Below, in pieces: positions 24,309-33,851 of a stretch of DNA of 53,979 bases (its first letter is position 1; every line of letters starts with the position of its first letter). Location: contig JBBQSV010000002.1 of the NCBI GenBank assembly GCA_038213615.1, positions 1 through 53,979 of the forward strand, in the 5' to 3' direction. Both the position numbers and the translations under genes were made by a program. This stretch comes from Candidatus Saccharimonadales bacterium. Its GTDB lineage: Bacteria > Patescibacteriota > Saccharimonadia > Saccharimonadales > OMJO01. The notes under the pieces are model-generated. The model saw only the letters and a list, made by a program, of their open reading frames with translations. It ran no database searches and had not been told where the DNA came from.

Positions 24309-25925
24309 ATGCCGGTGAGTCCAAAGTCTGCTACAAATGTTACCAAAGCTCTGTTTCGGCGCTTGCTAAAAAATAAGCGCTTTTCATTAGTTCTTGTAAT
24401 CCTGGCATTCACCATTATTGGCCTAGTTGGCCTACTGCTAACTAAGGCCGTGGGGAATGGCCGTAGTCTACAGCCAGAAGACGGCGCTATCACCGGACCG
24501 GCCGTACGACTGGTCAATGGCTCGACATCGGGTGGGCATTACATTAGGTTTGGAGCCGACACTAATTTGCCGGTGATCACCGCCCTAACAGTGGTTGGTA
24601 CCGACAAAGTGGCTGGCAATGCCCTTTGTTTTGACAGTTCGTTGGCTAATAAAACTGGCTGCTTGCAGGCTAACCCTACCAACGTCAGCCAGGCCCGATT
24701 CGGCATTTATGACATCATCAACAAGACTTTTACGGCCAAGACTGGCTGGTTGAGTTTTGTTGATCAGCCTTTTGGCACAATCTTGCATGCCTATAACTGC
24801 AGTGGGGGCGGGCGCTTCTACGGCTACGGACCAATGGTAAATGGTGTCGGCAAAACCTACTACGGGCAAACAGTTAGTGGGGCTACGGTAGCCTACGGGT
24901 CTATTGACGGCACAACTCACGTCTGTACCAATGATCCAGCCGGCCCAATCAACTCCAGCCAATGGGCCACACCAGCAATAATCTGTAGCAACAATGCTGA
25001 TGTAGTCCGTGTTAGCAGCGCCGACCAGCTGGTGGGCGCCATAGTCAACCATCCACCGGGTACCGAAATATGCCTAGAACCGGGCGGGCACTACATGCTC
25101 AGCTCGACACTACGCCCCAAGACTGACATGAAGATAATCGGCGACCCGTTTAACCGCACTATCTTGGATGCCGTCAACCTGTCACCGGCTAACAAAACAA
25201 CTAGTAGCATCGAATCCGACAACCTAAACACCGGCGTTACCATAGCTAATGTTGTGGTCCAAAACTCTACCACCCCAGGTAACACTATTTGTCCCAACTG
25301 CGGTATAGGCATTAACAGTGGTCAGGGTTACCATGTTTACAACGTCAAAATGACACACAACCAGTTGAACGGTTTCCATTACGCCAACGCCAACAATGTT
25401 GGTGGATTTGTGGTTGAAAACTCAGAGCTCTCATATAACGGCAACACCCAGGACTCTGGCGTCAAAAGCTACACCTCGGGGGGCGCCAAGACTATCAGTG
25501 CCGGTACCTACCGAAATAATGTGGTGGCCAACAACATCGGGGCCGGTATTTGGTGTGACGTAGAATGTAACGGTGGCCAGTGGTTAGTTGATAACAACTA
25601 CGTGACATCCAATACCAAGGCCGGTATACATTATGAAATCTCAGGTGCTGTAGCTAACGACAATGGCCTAATAACTAATAACGTAGTGATATCTAATAAC
25701 GCCTTAGGACTGACTTATTATGGCGGCATTATGATAATCAATTCCCAGAACGCGGTGGCCAAAAATAATACATTACTCGATAACGGCTGGTCGGGGATTA
25801 GCGCGTATCAAAGCAGTAGGCGAACGCCTTCGCTGGCGGGTGTTATTATCCAGGACAACTCGTTAAATGGGCAACTCTTGTTCGGTTGTGAGCAAACCGG
25901 CGTAACTTGTACTAATAACCACTAG
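24309..25925 (+). CDS. Secreted right-handed parallel beta-helix repeat protein (pectate-lyase-fold)
   Basis: TM anchor followed by PEDGAITG...TSGGHYIRF. Repeated N-rich turns such as NNVVANNIGAGIW, NNVVISNNALG and KNNTLLDNGWSGI. Confidence 0.65.
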   Translation: MPVSPKSATNVTKALFRRLLKNKRFSLVLVILAFTIIGLVGLLLTKAVGNGRSLQPEDGAITGPAVRLVNGSTSGGHYIRFGADTNLPVITALTVVGTDKVAGNALCFDSSLANKTGCLQANPTNVSQARFGIYDIINKTFTAKTGWLSFVDQPFGTILHAYNCSGGGRFYGYGPMVNGVGKTYYGQTVSGATVAYGSIDGTTHVCTNDPAGPINSSQWATPAIICSNNADVVRVSSADQLVGAIVNHPPGTEICLEPGGHYMLSSTLRPKTDMKIIGDPFNRTILDAVNLSPANKTTSSIESDNLNTGVTIANVVVQNSTTPGNTICPNCGIGINSGQGYHVYNVKMTHNQLNGFHYANANNVGGFVVENSELSYNGNTQDSGVKSYTSGGAKTISAGTYRNNVVANNIGAGIWCDVECNGGQWLVDNNYVTSNTKAGIHYEISGAVANDNGLITNNVVISNNALGLTYYGGIMIINSQNAVAKNNTLLDNGWSGISAYQSSRRTPSLAGVIIQDNSLNGQLLFGCEQTGVTCTNNH

Positions 25926-26533
25926 AATCTTATGCGGCGCATCAAACTATCTATGATGTCGGGTTGGTGGTCCTCGATAGGTAAATGCGCGCCCAGAGTG
26001 TCGGCTATTTGATCCTCTTGCGAGGGATCATAGTAGACATTAATGGGTACCATCAGTCTTTTAATCGGTGTTAGCACGATGTAGTGCAGACCTTCGTTCT
26101 CTACCAGGGCAAAAGATTTAAACATGCCAAAAAAATACGTCTTTTGGCCAATATGGATGGCTCGATCACCGATACCATAGTTAAGAACCCGTGGCTTACG
26201 GTTAGCAAAGCTGGCAAACAGTCCACCGACTACTAACACCGCTGCTGTCGTCAAAATATCGCGGGTTAGAAAATACAATATGCCGGCTACCAAAACACTG
26301 GCCAAAATTAATATGCCAAACCAGCTGGCACCCTTTTGGTGGCCAACGTACTCCGAGGCACTCCAGCTGATCTGCGCAGGTTCGGCAGTGACTTGTGCCG
26401 GCTGAGGTTCATTCTGGGGCTCCGCGGCAGACCCGTAGATTGGCTGAGTGGGTGCGCCAGCATAGACAAAACCAGCCTCCTGTACGGGTGCGGGCGCCTC
26501 GTTCTGTGGATCCTGTGGCACACCATTATCCAT
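25922..26533 (-). CDS. Membrane protein, hypothetical (Pro/Gln-rich N-terminus, 2 TM helices, C-terminal globular domain)
   Basis: 203-aa ORF. It is convergent with the previous gene, and their ends overlap. Confidence 0.55.
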   Translation of the reverse strand: MDNGVPQDPQNEAPAPVQEAGFVYAGAPTQPIYGSAAEPQNEPQPAQVTAEPAQISWSASEYVGHQKGASWFGILILASVLVAGILYFLTRDILTTAAVLVVGGLFASFANRKPRVLNYGIGDRAIHIGQKTYFFGMFKSFALVENEGLHYIVLTPIKRLMVPINVYYDPSQEDQIADTLGAHLPIEDHQPDIIDSLMRRIRF

Positions 26534-26566
26534 AAGCGTATTGTAGCAGTTATTGGCCGACTTTGG

Positions 26567-27229
26567 CTAAGAGCTAGGGGGCTGTTTTGAGTGAATCATA
26601 CTCAGGGCTAGTTCTGCCACCTGGCCAGCGTCCAGATCGTTAGTATCAATCTCTACGGCATCTTTGGGTTTGGCTAGAGCGCCATACTTGTGGTTACGAT
26701 CTGCTTCGTTGCGTTGCCGAATCTCTTCTACTGTCACAATCCGCCCGTCAGCTGCTGAACGGCGCCGGGCCGCTTCTTTGTCGCTGACTGTCAAAAATAG
26801 TTTAACTTCTGCCTCAGGGAACACTACCGTCCCCGCGTCTCGACCGTCTACTACAGCACCATTTATAGAGGCAAATTCTCGCTGTTTTCTGTTAACGACT
26901 TCTCTGACACTCTCATGACCAGCAACTACCGGTACGCATTGGTCGATCTGGGCAGTATGCAGTCGATCTAATCTTTGACCGTCTACCCATTCCACTACTA
27001 CGTGTCCGTCAACGGTTATGGCCTCGCCATCCGGCATTTCTATTTGGGCGTCTTGGGCCAGACTGGCGCAGGCCGATCCGTCGGCCGTTACTTTGTCGGC
27101 TAGAGCCAAGAGATTGATGGCCCGGTATAGTGAGCCGCTGTCAAGCCTGGGCAAACCCAAACTGATCGATAAATTCCTGGCTAGTGTTGTGGTGCCAGTA
27201 GCTACACCGCCATCAATAGTTACTATCAT
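26567..27229 (-). CDS. cmk: Cytidylate kinase homolog with a degenerate P-loop
   Basis: LDSGSLYRA, VVDGRDAGTVVFP and RRR lid motifs. The Walker A reads GGVATGTTT, so the Lys is missing. GTGAGGAA SD, with TGCTAAAAT upstream. Confidence 0.75.
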   Translation of the reverse strand: MIVTIDGGVATGTTTLARNLSISLGLPRLDSGSLYRAINLLALADKVTADGSACASLAQDAQIEMPDGEAITVDGHVVVEWVDGQRLDRLHTAQIDQCVPVVAGHESVREVVNRKQREFASINGAVVDGRDAGTVVFPEAEVKLFLTVSDKEAARRRSAADGRIVTVEEIRQRNEADRNHKYGALAKPKDAVEIDTNDLDAGQVAELALSMIHSKQPPSS

Positions 27230-27639
27230 AATTCCTCACTTGAATTTTGGCGGGACATTCGGGTCTGGAACTTTGACAGTGTCTCATATTTTAGCAAATT
27301 TAAGAAGTAAATGAGACGAATGGAACACCTGCGGCGATTATACGCCGTGTACCATTTTTTATTGGCTATCAAGGGTAAGTGGGACAAAATCGGACAGTAT
27401 AAAAAAAGAAGTGTCCCACGCCCATTCATTGGACAAGAAAAGACCTCCATGCCATACCAGCCCGATAACCAAACAAAACCCGCACTTGCTGGCTTATGGT
27501 AAAATTATGGCGGAATAGCCCCTGTAATCCTTGCGAGAGAGGGGATATTTTGCTGTTTGTAGCTCATTGCTTTTAGTAATTCTCAAAACCCGATTATATT
27601 TAATTCGCACCCAGCCACGCAGGATGCGACAATAGTAAT

Positions 27640-28152
27640 ATGCCAGAGTCAAAAGTTACCATTCACGCTAGGCGGTTACTCGCTGACCATCGTTTTCAGG
27701 CTCTACGCCAGCAAGCGCAAGCCGATCCTGCGAATATAAAAATGTATGTGCGAAAAGCTCGCCAAGAGCATAATCTATCGGACTATTGGAGTGAACTGCT
27801 GCCAATCATGCTGCTGAGTAACTTCGACCCCTCAATACTCGCCGGTGGCGCTGTTATTGAATCAAGAACTGATCCAGTAACTGGCAAAGTCTCCCATAAG
27901 GTAAATGTTGCAGAAGAAGCCACTCTCTCCGACGTTAAACGAGCCTATACCGTCATTCGCGATCGCGAAAAACTAGCTAATCGCCGCTACTCTGGGCGGT
28001 ATGCGCAGGAATTCCGAGTCCTTGAACTACGTAAAGCAAACAAATCTACACCTGAAATTATTAAGATTCTGAAAGCTGAGTTTAATCGTGATTACGACGC
28101 TGCGGATATAGCCAGCTTCATGCAAAAAGCCAGACAAAAAGCAAAACCTTAA
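27640..28152 (+). CDS. Hypothetical protein (possible DNA-binding C-terminus)
   Basis: 170-aa ORF, the first gene inside the element. Confidence 0.55.
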   Translation: MPESKVTIHARRLLADHRFQALRQQAQADPANIKMYVRKARQEHNLSDYWSELLPIMLLSNFDPSILAGGAVIESRTDPVTGKVSHKVNVAEEATLSDVKRAYTVIRDREKLANRRYSGRYAQEFRVLELRKANKSTPEIIKILKAEFNRDYDAADIASFMQKARQKAKP

Positions 28153-28229
28153 GGACGCTCGCATAAGGTTTTTATCCATGTTACAGGGGTAAGTACACTG
28201 TTAGTTGTTAACTAACGACAGGAGTACCT

Positions 28230-29483
28230 ATGCAAGTAGTTCAAGTACCTATTAATAAACTAAAACCATCTGAGTACAATCCCAGAATTATTTCTGACGC
28301 TCAGCTGGAACATCTCGGTAAAAGCTTCGATGAACATGGTTTTGTGCACCCAATTTTAGCTAATAGCAATCCCAAGAGAGCTTTCATTGTTATATCTGGT
28401 CATCAACGCTTACGTGTAGCTAAACAGCGGGGGTTTAAAACGGTGCCGACTATTTTTATTGATGTTAATGAAGAACAGGAACGTTTACTAAACCTTCGTT
28501 CAAATCGTATAGGTGGTGAATTTGATAATGAACTACTTTTCAACCATTTCGATATCGAAACCTTGCTCAAGACAGGCTTTGACGATATCGACCTCTGGGA
28601 CATCTGGAACGCCAGCCTAGATATCGAAGAAGATAACTTCGACGAAGAAAAAGCCGTCAAAAAGGCCAAGTCTACCAATATAGAGCTCGGGCAGATGTTT
28701 CAGCTTGGCAAGCATCAGCTTATCTGTGGCGATGCCACCGATCCCGAAGTCATTAAACGACTGGTTGGCGACTTGAAACCAGTCATGTTATATACCGACC
28801 CCGTTTACAACATTTCCCTCGACTACGATAAAGGCGTCGGCAACAAAGCCAGCTACGGTGGCAAAGCCAACGACACTAAGACGGATACCGAGTATGCGGA
28901 ATTTCTGAGCACCGCTCTGGCGAATGCGCTGGCAGTGATGGACGATAATGCCCATATCTTCATGTACTGCGACCAAACGTACATCGGGCTACTGCAAAGT
29001 CTCATGATCCAGCACGAGCTAACTAACAGGCGGGTATGCTTGTGGATCAAGAACGGATTTTCACCAGTGCCAGGAGTTGCCTTCAATAAGGGTTATGAGG
29101 CCTGTGTTTACGCTACCCGTGGTACACCATATCTGTCGGATATTCATAACCTGACTGAGATACTCAATAAAGACATTGCCTCTGGCAACCGTGCAATAGG
29201 CGATATCCTAGATATTTTTGATATCTGGCTTGCCAAGCGTGATTCGGGTCAGGACTATCAGCACCCCACCCAGAAACCGCTGACACTACACGAGAAGCCG
29301 CTAAAACGCTGTACCCGCATCGGGGATATCGTCCTAGATTATTATGGGGGATCAGGGTCAAGTTTACTTAGCTGTGAACAGATGAAGCGTGTGGCACTAC
29401 TCTGTGAGATAGAACCAGTATTTTGCCAAGTCATTGTTGACCGCTGGGAACAAATGACTGGTCAAAAGGCGGTACAGCTATGA
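28230..29483 (+). CDS. ParB-like nuclease domain fused to a beta-class N6A/N4C DNA methyltransferase
   Basis: N-terminus INKLKPSEYNPR...ISGHQRLRVAK. Catalytic TDPVYN (a DPPY variant), then HPTQKP and the AdoMet motif DYYGGSGSS. AGGAG SD. Confidence 0.8.
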   Translation: MQVVQVPINKLKPSEYNPRIISDAQLEHLGKSFDEHGFVHPILANSNPKRAFIVISGHQRLRVAKQRGFKTVPTIFIDVNEEQERLLNLRSNRIGGEFDNELLFNHFDIETLLKTGFDDIDLWDIWNASLDIEEDNFDEEKAVKKAKSTNIELGQMFQLGKHQLICGDATDPEVIKRLVGDLKPVMLYTDPVYNISLDYDKGVGNKASYGGKANDTKTDTEYAEFLSTALANALAVMDDNAHIFMYCDQTYIGLLQSLMIQHELTNRRVCLWIKNGFSPVPGVAFNKGYEACVYATRGTPYLSDIHNLTEILNKDIASGNRAIGDILDIFDIWLAKRDSGQDYQHPTQKPLTLHEKPLKRCTRIGDIVLDYYGGSGSSLLSCEQMKRVALLCEIEPVFCQVIVDRWEQMTGQKAVQL

Positions 29484-30238
29484 AAACGGGACAAATAATA
29501 TGCTTAGGCGAACACCGCCTAGCGTGTGGCAGTGCCACGGATGCAGAGTTAGTAAAGCGGCTGGCTGGTGAGGATCGTATTGCCATGCTGTGCTGTGACG
29601 TACCCTACGGGGTTTCATACGTTGAAAGTAAGCAAGGTATCGCCAAGTTAGCTAACCAAAAAGTAATTGCCAATGATGGCATTACTGACGATGCCACGTA
29701 TCAGCAATTCATGCTCGATTGGCTAGAGGTAGTTAAGCCGTACCTAACAGCCAAGAACAGTGTCTACATATTTAACTCCGACAGAATGATGATCCCAACC
29801 ATTCAGGCACTGAGAGCCAGTGGTGGTAAGTTTGCACAGTTACTTATATGGGCAAAGACCCATGCCGTGATTGGTCGTATGGATTACCTGCCACAGCACG
29901 AACTCATAATTTACGGCTGGTACGGTACGCATATCTTCGGCAAGAGCAAAGATAAAAGCATCTTGGTCTATCCAAGACCAAACAAGAGCAAGCTCCACCC
30001 GACCATGAAGCCAGTCGGTCTGCTGCGTCGCTTAATACTTAACAGCACCAGTGTTGGTGACGTGGTATACGACGGGTTTGGGGGCTCGGGGAGTTGTGCA
30101 TTGGCCTGTGAACAGACCAAGCGCAGGTGTCTTATGGTTGAGATCGACGCAGACTACTGCCTGACAATAATTGACCGCTGGGAACGTTTAACTGGCAACA
30201 AAGCTGTGCTATTGGAGGCTAACCATGAAAACCAGTAA
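29480..30238 (+). CDS. DNA methyltransferase (beta-class), paralog of the C-terminal half of the previous gene
   Basis: CDVPYGV, HPTMKP, DGFGGSGS and a shared C-terminal IDRWE..TG.KAV.L. ATGA overlap with the upstream gene. Confidence 0.8.
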   Translation: MKTGQIICLGEHRLACGSATDAELVKRLAGEDRIAMLCCDVPYGVSYVESKQGIAKLANQKVIANDGITDDATYQQFMLDWLEVVKPYLTAKNSVYIFNSDRMMIPTIQALRASGGKFAQLLIWAKTHAVIGRMDYLPQHELIIYGWYGTHIFGKSKDKSILVYPRPNKSKLHPTMKPVGLLRRLILNSTSVGDVVYDGFGGSGSCALACEQTKRRCLMVEIDADYCLTIIDRWERLTGNKAVLLEANHENQ

Positions 30239-30632
30239 GCAAAAACAGCTGATTCTGGAGCAGCTCAGGAAAACGCCAATTATCCAGGTGGCTACTGAAA
30301 AAGTTGGCATTGCCAGGTCAAATTTTTACAGATGGAAAAAACTTGACCCTAAATTTGCGATCGCTGTAGACGAGGCGATTGACCAAGGCGTAAGTCTGAT
30401 GAACGAATACGCCGAGTCGATGCTGATTAGCGCCATCAAAGACCAAAACCTGACGGCTGTGTTCTACTGGCTAAATCACCGTCACCCAGCCTATGAAACG
30501 AGGGTGCGGGTTGACGGCCGGATTAAGCACCAGACCGAAGAATTAACACCCGAGCAATCCGCTCTAGTTGAGCGGGCTCTTAAAAATGCCGGCTTATTGC
30601 TGGCAGAAAGCGAGGAATCAAATGAGTCCTGA
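30225..30632 (+). CDS. Terminase small subunit-like HTH protein
   Basis: QVATEKVGIARSNFYRWKK HTH, and its position immediately before the large terminase. Confidence 0.55.
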   Translation: MKTSKQKQLILEQLRKTPIIQVATEKVGIARSNFYRWKKLDPKFAIAVDEAIDQGVSLMNEYAESMLISAIKDQNLTAVFYWLNHRHPAYETRVRVDGRIKHQTEELTPEQSALVERALKNAGLLLAESEESNES

Positions 30633-32175
30633 ATCACCCTTTTCACCAGAACTATGGCAACAAATCCAAACTAAGCGCAGTGTGCGTGTAAAGCTGGCAC
30701 AAGCAAGCTTATACAACTTCGCTCACATCTACTTCCCGGGCTATTTTGAATACTCCACGGCTGCATTTCAGCGTGAAATGTATGCCCTCCTAGAAGATCC
30801 AGATATCAGACACTTAGGTATCGTTAGCTTTCGTGGTAGCGGCAAGTCCAGTATCGTAACTACATTTTTCTTAATGTGGGCGATTCTCGGTAAGCAACAG
30901 AAAAAATATGCTTTGATCGCGAGTCAAACCCAAGTTCAAGCTCGTAAGCACCTGGCTAACGCCAAGCAGGAGTTTGACAGCAATGAGCTGCTGCGTAATG
31001 ACTTCGGGCCATTAAAGGAGACCAGCGACGAGTGGGGTTCGATGTCACTGGTGTTGCCAAAGTATGGCGCACGTATAAGCGCCGTATCCAGTGAACAGAG
31101 CATCCGTGGCACTCGACATGGCTCGCACCGCCCAGACCTTGTGATAGCGGATGACGTAGAAGACCTCCAATCTGTGAAAACCAGTGAAGGCCGCGAGAAA
31201 ACCTATGACTGGTACAATAGCGAGATACTGCCGGTTGGTGATAAAAGCACCAAATTTGTGTTGATTGGTAACCTCCTGCATACCGATTCGCTGATGATGC
31301 GCATGAAAGCCTTTACTGACAAGCAATCTGACCGGTTTGTCTTCAAAGAGTACCCGTTAATTGACGATCGAGGGGTGTGTCTGTGGCCGGGTAAGTATCC
31401 GACACCGGCAGCGGTGGAGCGGGAAAAAGCTGAAGCACCGAGCGAGCGGGCATATTACCGGGAATACCTGTTGAAAATCCTGCCCGACAACATGCAGATC
31501 GTTAAACCAGAAAATATTACCTATTACGATAAAATACCCGATTGGTTGGCAGGCGGTAGCTACCGCATCGCAATCTGCGTTGACCTGGCTATTTCCAAAA
31601 AAACATCTGCTGACTATACCGCCATTGTGGTACTGGAAAAACACGGCTACGGTAAGGACACCAAGATATACGTCCACCCATACCCGATTAACAAGCGTAA
31701 TCTCTACAGTGAAACAGTCAAGGATATAGTTTCCCTGAAAGCGCGGCACACCTCAGCTGACATTTACATAGAGGATGTCGGCATGCAACGGGCTATCATT
31801 GAAATGTTAAGCCAGGAGAACATGCGGGCTGAGGCAGTCCCGCTGAATGGCCGGGACAAAGAAGAGCGTCTGCAGGTGGCTTCCTACTGGATCATTAACG
31901 GCACTGTCCAGTTTCCCTACGAAGGTTGTAAAAAGCTATTGCAGCAAGTTATAGGCTTCGGTGTGGAACGCGACGACCTGCTCGATGCCTTAACACTCGG
32001 CATCATCTACCTGATGGAACATAAGAACAAAGGTTCAGGTATGACCATAGGATCAACCAAGGGCACGGTATTTGACCGTGGCCTGCGTATGCGATCTAGA
32101 GGCGGGCGATATAACGCCGCCACTGCTTCCGATGACGAATTCTTTAGTTCGTCCACTGGAATAGACATTTTCTAA
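30622..32175 (+). CDS. Terminase large subunit
   Basis: Walker A FRGSGKSS, Walker B LVIADDVED, and a C-terminal RNaseH-like nuclease region. I chose the start at the GAGGAA-preceded ATG at 30622. Confidence 0.75.
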   Translation: MSPESPFSPELWQQIQTKRSVRVKLAQASLYNFAHIYFPGYFEYSTAAFQREMYALLEDPDIRHLGIVSFRGSGKSSIVTTFFLMWAILGKQQKKYALIASQTQVQARKHLANAKQEFDSNELLRNDFGPLKETSDEWGSMSLVLPKYGARISAVSSEQSIRGTRHGSHRPDLVIADDVEDLQSVKTSEGREKTYDWYNSEILPVGDKSTKFVLIGNLLHTDSLMMRMKAFTDKQSDRFVFKEYPLIDDRGVCLWPGKYPTPAAVEREKAEAPSERAYYREYLLKILPDNMQIVKPENITYYDKIPDWLAGGSYRIAICVDLAISKKTSADYTAIVVLEKHGYGKDTKIYVHPYPINKRNLYSETVKDIVSLKARHTSADIYIEDVGMQRAIIEMLSQENMRAEAVPLNGRDKEERLQVASYWIINGTVQFPYEGCKKLLQQVIGFGVERDDLLDALTLGIIYLMEHKNKGSGMTIGSTKGTVFDRGLRMRSRGGRYNAATASDDEFFSSSTGIDIF

Positions 32176-32307
32176 GCCAAAGACCGGTTGGACGACTGGG
32201 AAGAGGCTACGCCTGGGGGTTGGGGCTGAGTAACGGTAATATAATACGTTAAACTTGCATAAATTTCTAAAGTATGCTATATTACTAATAGGTAAATCAA
32301 AATAAAC

Positions 32308-33453
32308 ATGTCTGGCGAAATCCCCTCACACCAATCAAATCCCCATGAAATGGGCCCGAACGCTATGAGCGATGCTGCCGCTATGGATATTCGCACTGGC
32401 CAGGAAGCATTACACGATGGCGCTAGGTTATTAGCTGGCAACATCGTTAGAATTGCCGAAACTAATGAGCCTGGCGCTGTAAAAGAATATTTAGGTGATG
32501 TCCTGGCCGATACCGAAAAGCTAGTGCCAGCAGCTGAGCGAATGGCTGCCTTTGAGTTTCTGGCCGGGGAACAGCGAAGTGAGATTCGTCGTGGTTTGGT
32601 TACTTCCGGTGAGCAAATGCTTGATAACTTAGGCAATAACAGCCAAAAAACTCGCCAAGAATTGCAACAAACTGCACCTGCAGCCAATAGGGGTATCCGT
32701 ATGACTGTGGAAGCACACGAACAGGAAGTTGGTCGTCATTTTCACGGACAAGTAGATACACGTCGGGCAGCTCGTGGCCACGAAGTTGCTGAACAGACTG
32801 CTCGCAGAGGCTTTGGAGCCGTAACTAAGCATGTTGAAACACTGGATGCTTGGGGACGGGCGCAACAGCAAGAGGCTCGTGAGTATGACGATGAGGCCAG
32901 GCAAGGTCAGGCTCATGAACGAGCATTAAATGAAGCAAGTGAAGTCGTTAAACCTGACTATGAGGGCGACCAAAAAGACCTATCTCGTGTTATTGATGAA
33001 GAAGTTAAAGAGGCTACCGCAACTAAACTTCAATCCGTAATCGCAGAAGCCCAGACCACTGGCAAGTCCCCAGAAGATGCTGTTCTAGAGCTCATCTCAA
33101 AGGAGCCGGCTACCGCTACACCTAAAATAATTGGTGAGCTACGAACATTCGCAGAGCAATATGCCGGTTTTGCCAAAACTGGCACCCAAAAAATTGAGGG
33201 AATGACTAAAGAGTCTGAACGGCTAATGAAAAACTTTGCAGCTCGTGGTCGTGATGGCTATCAATATGTGAGGCGAGTTGAGGATGCTATCGATCTTTAC
33301 CGCCAACAACGGCGCACTCTTGAAGATGCAGTTAAAGGTGCTGATTTTGCTATTCGACAAAGTGCTAATGTTCTCGGTACTACCGACCAAGAGTTGCAAC
33401 GCATGCGGCAAAAGCTTGCCGCCACCAAGGCTGGTCCACGCTCTGCTGAATAA
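32308..33453 (+). CDS. Hypothetical all-helical, charged protein
   Basis: 381-aa ORF with its own TGCTATATT promoter and an AT-rich leader. Confidence 0.6.
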   Translation: MSGEIPSHQSNPHEMGPNAMSDAAAMDIRTGQEALHDGARLLAGNIVRIAETNEPGAVKEYLGDVLADTEKLVPAAERMAAFEFLAGEQRSEIRRGLVTSGEQMLDNLGNNSQKTRQELQQTAPAANRGIRMTVEAHEQEVGRHFHGQVDTRRAARGHEVAEQTARRGFGAVTKHVETLDAWGRAQQQEAREYDDEARQGQAHERALNEASEVVKPDYEGDQKDLSRVIDEEVKEATATKLQSVIAEAQTTGKSPEDAVLELISKEPATATPKIIGELRTFAEQYAGFAKTGTQKIEGMTKESERLMKNFAARGRDGYQYVRRVEDAIDLYRQQRRTLEDAVKGADFAIRQSANVLGTTDQELQRMRQKLAATKAGPRSAE

Positions 33454-33486
33454 GTATACCCATTCAATCTCTGTTATAATTGCCGT

Positions 33487-33765
33487 ATGATTGATACCTC
33501 ACCAAACATGCTTCTTTATATTGAGCCGCAAGTCCAAAGATCAGCCGAACCGGTAATTGACGACTTAACCAAGAGAATGGCCGCTGCTTTTCAAAACCAC
33601 AAAACTGGCTCTGCCGAAATAGGCGGTCAGTTTGAAGAAGGCGTTGTAACTATGGGCCACCAAACCTGTGCCTGCGGGGCTCAAAGTACAGCCGTGGACT
33701 ATTGCCTGAACAGTGGTTTTTACCAACTCTTTGTGCATTCACTATTTAGCATGGCACCGCAATGA
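33487..33765 (+). CDS. Small Cys-containing hypothetical protein, possibly frameshifted (continuation to 33844 in the +1 frame)
   Basis: TGTTATAAT lies 6 nt before the ATG. The alternative frame after the T5 run at 33717-33721 reads TNSLCIHYLAWHRNEVPQSELDKIG... Confidence 0.45.
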   Translation: MIDTSPNMLLYIEPQVQRSAEPVIDDLTKRMAAAFQNHKTGSAEIGGQFEEGVVTMGHQTCACGAQSTAVDYCLNSGFYQLFVHSLFSMAPQ

Positions 33766-33851
33766 AGTACCACAGTCAGAATTAGATAAGATTGGCTCAC
33801 TGCCCAATGAGCAAGCTAACCCCAGCCCAGAACAATTGCAATAGTAGCTGG

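Noticed and set aside
27226-27502. ORFs 27311-27502 (+) and 27226-27450 (-) between cmk and the island.
   Set aside because: There is no SD, the composition is odd, they overlap each other, and they overlap the cmk promoter. The region is better read as non-coding junction sequence.
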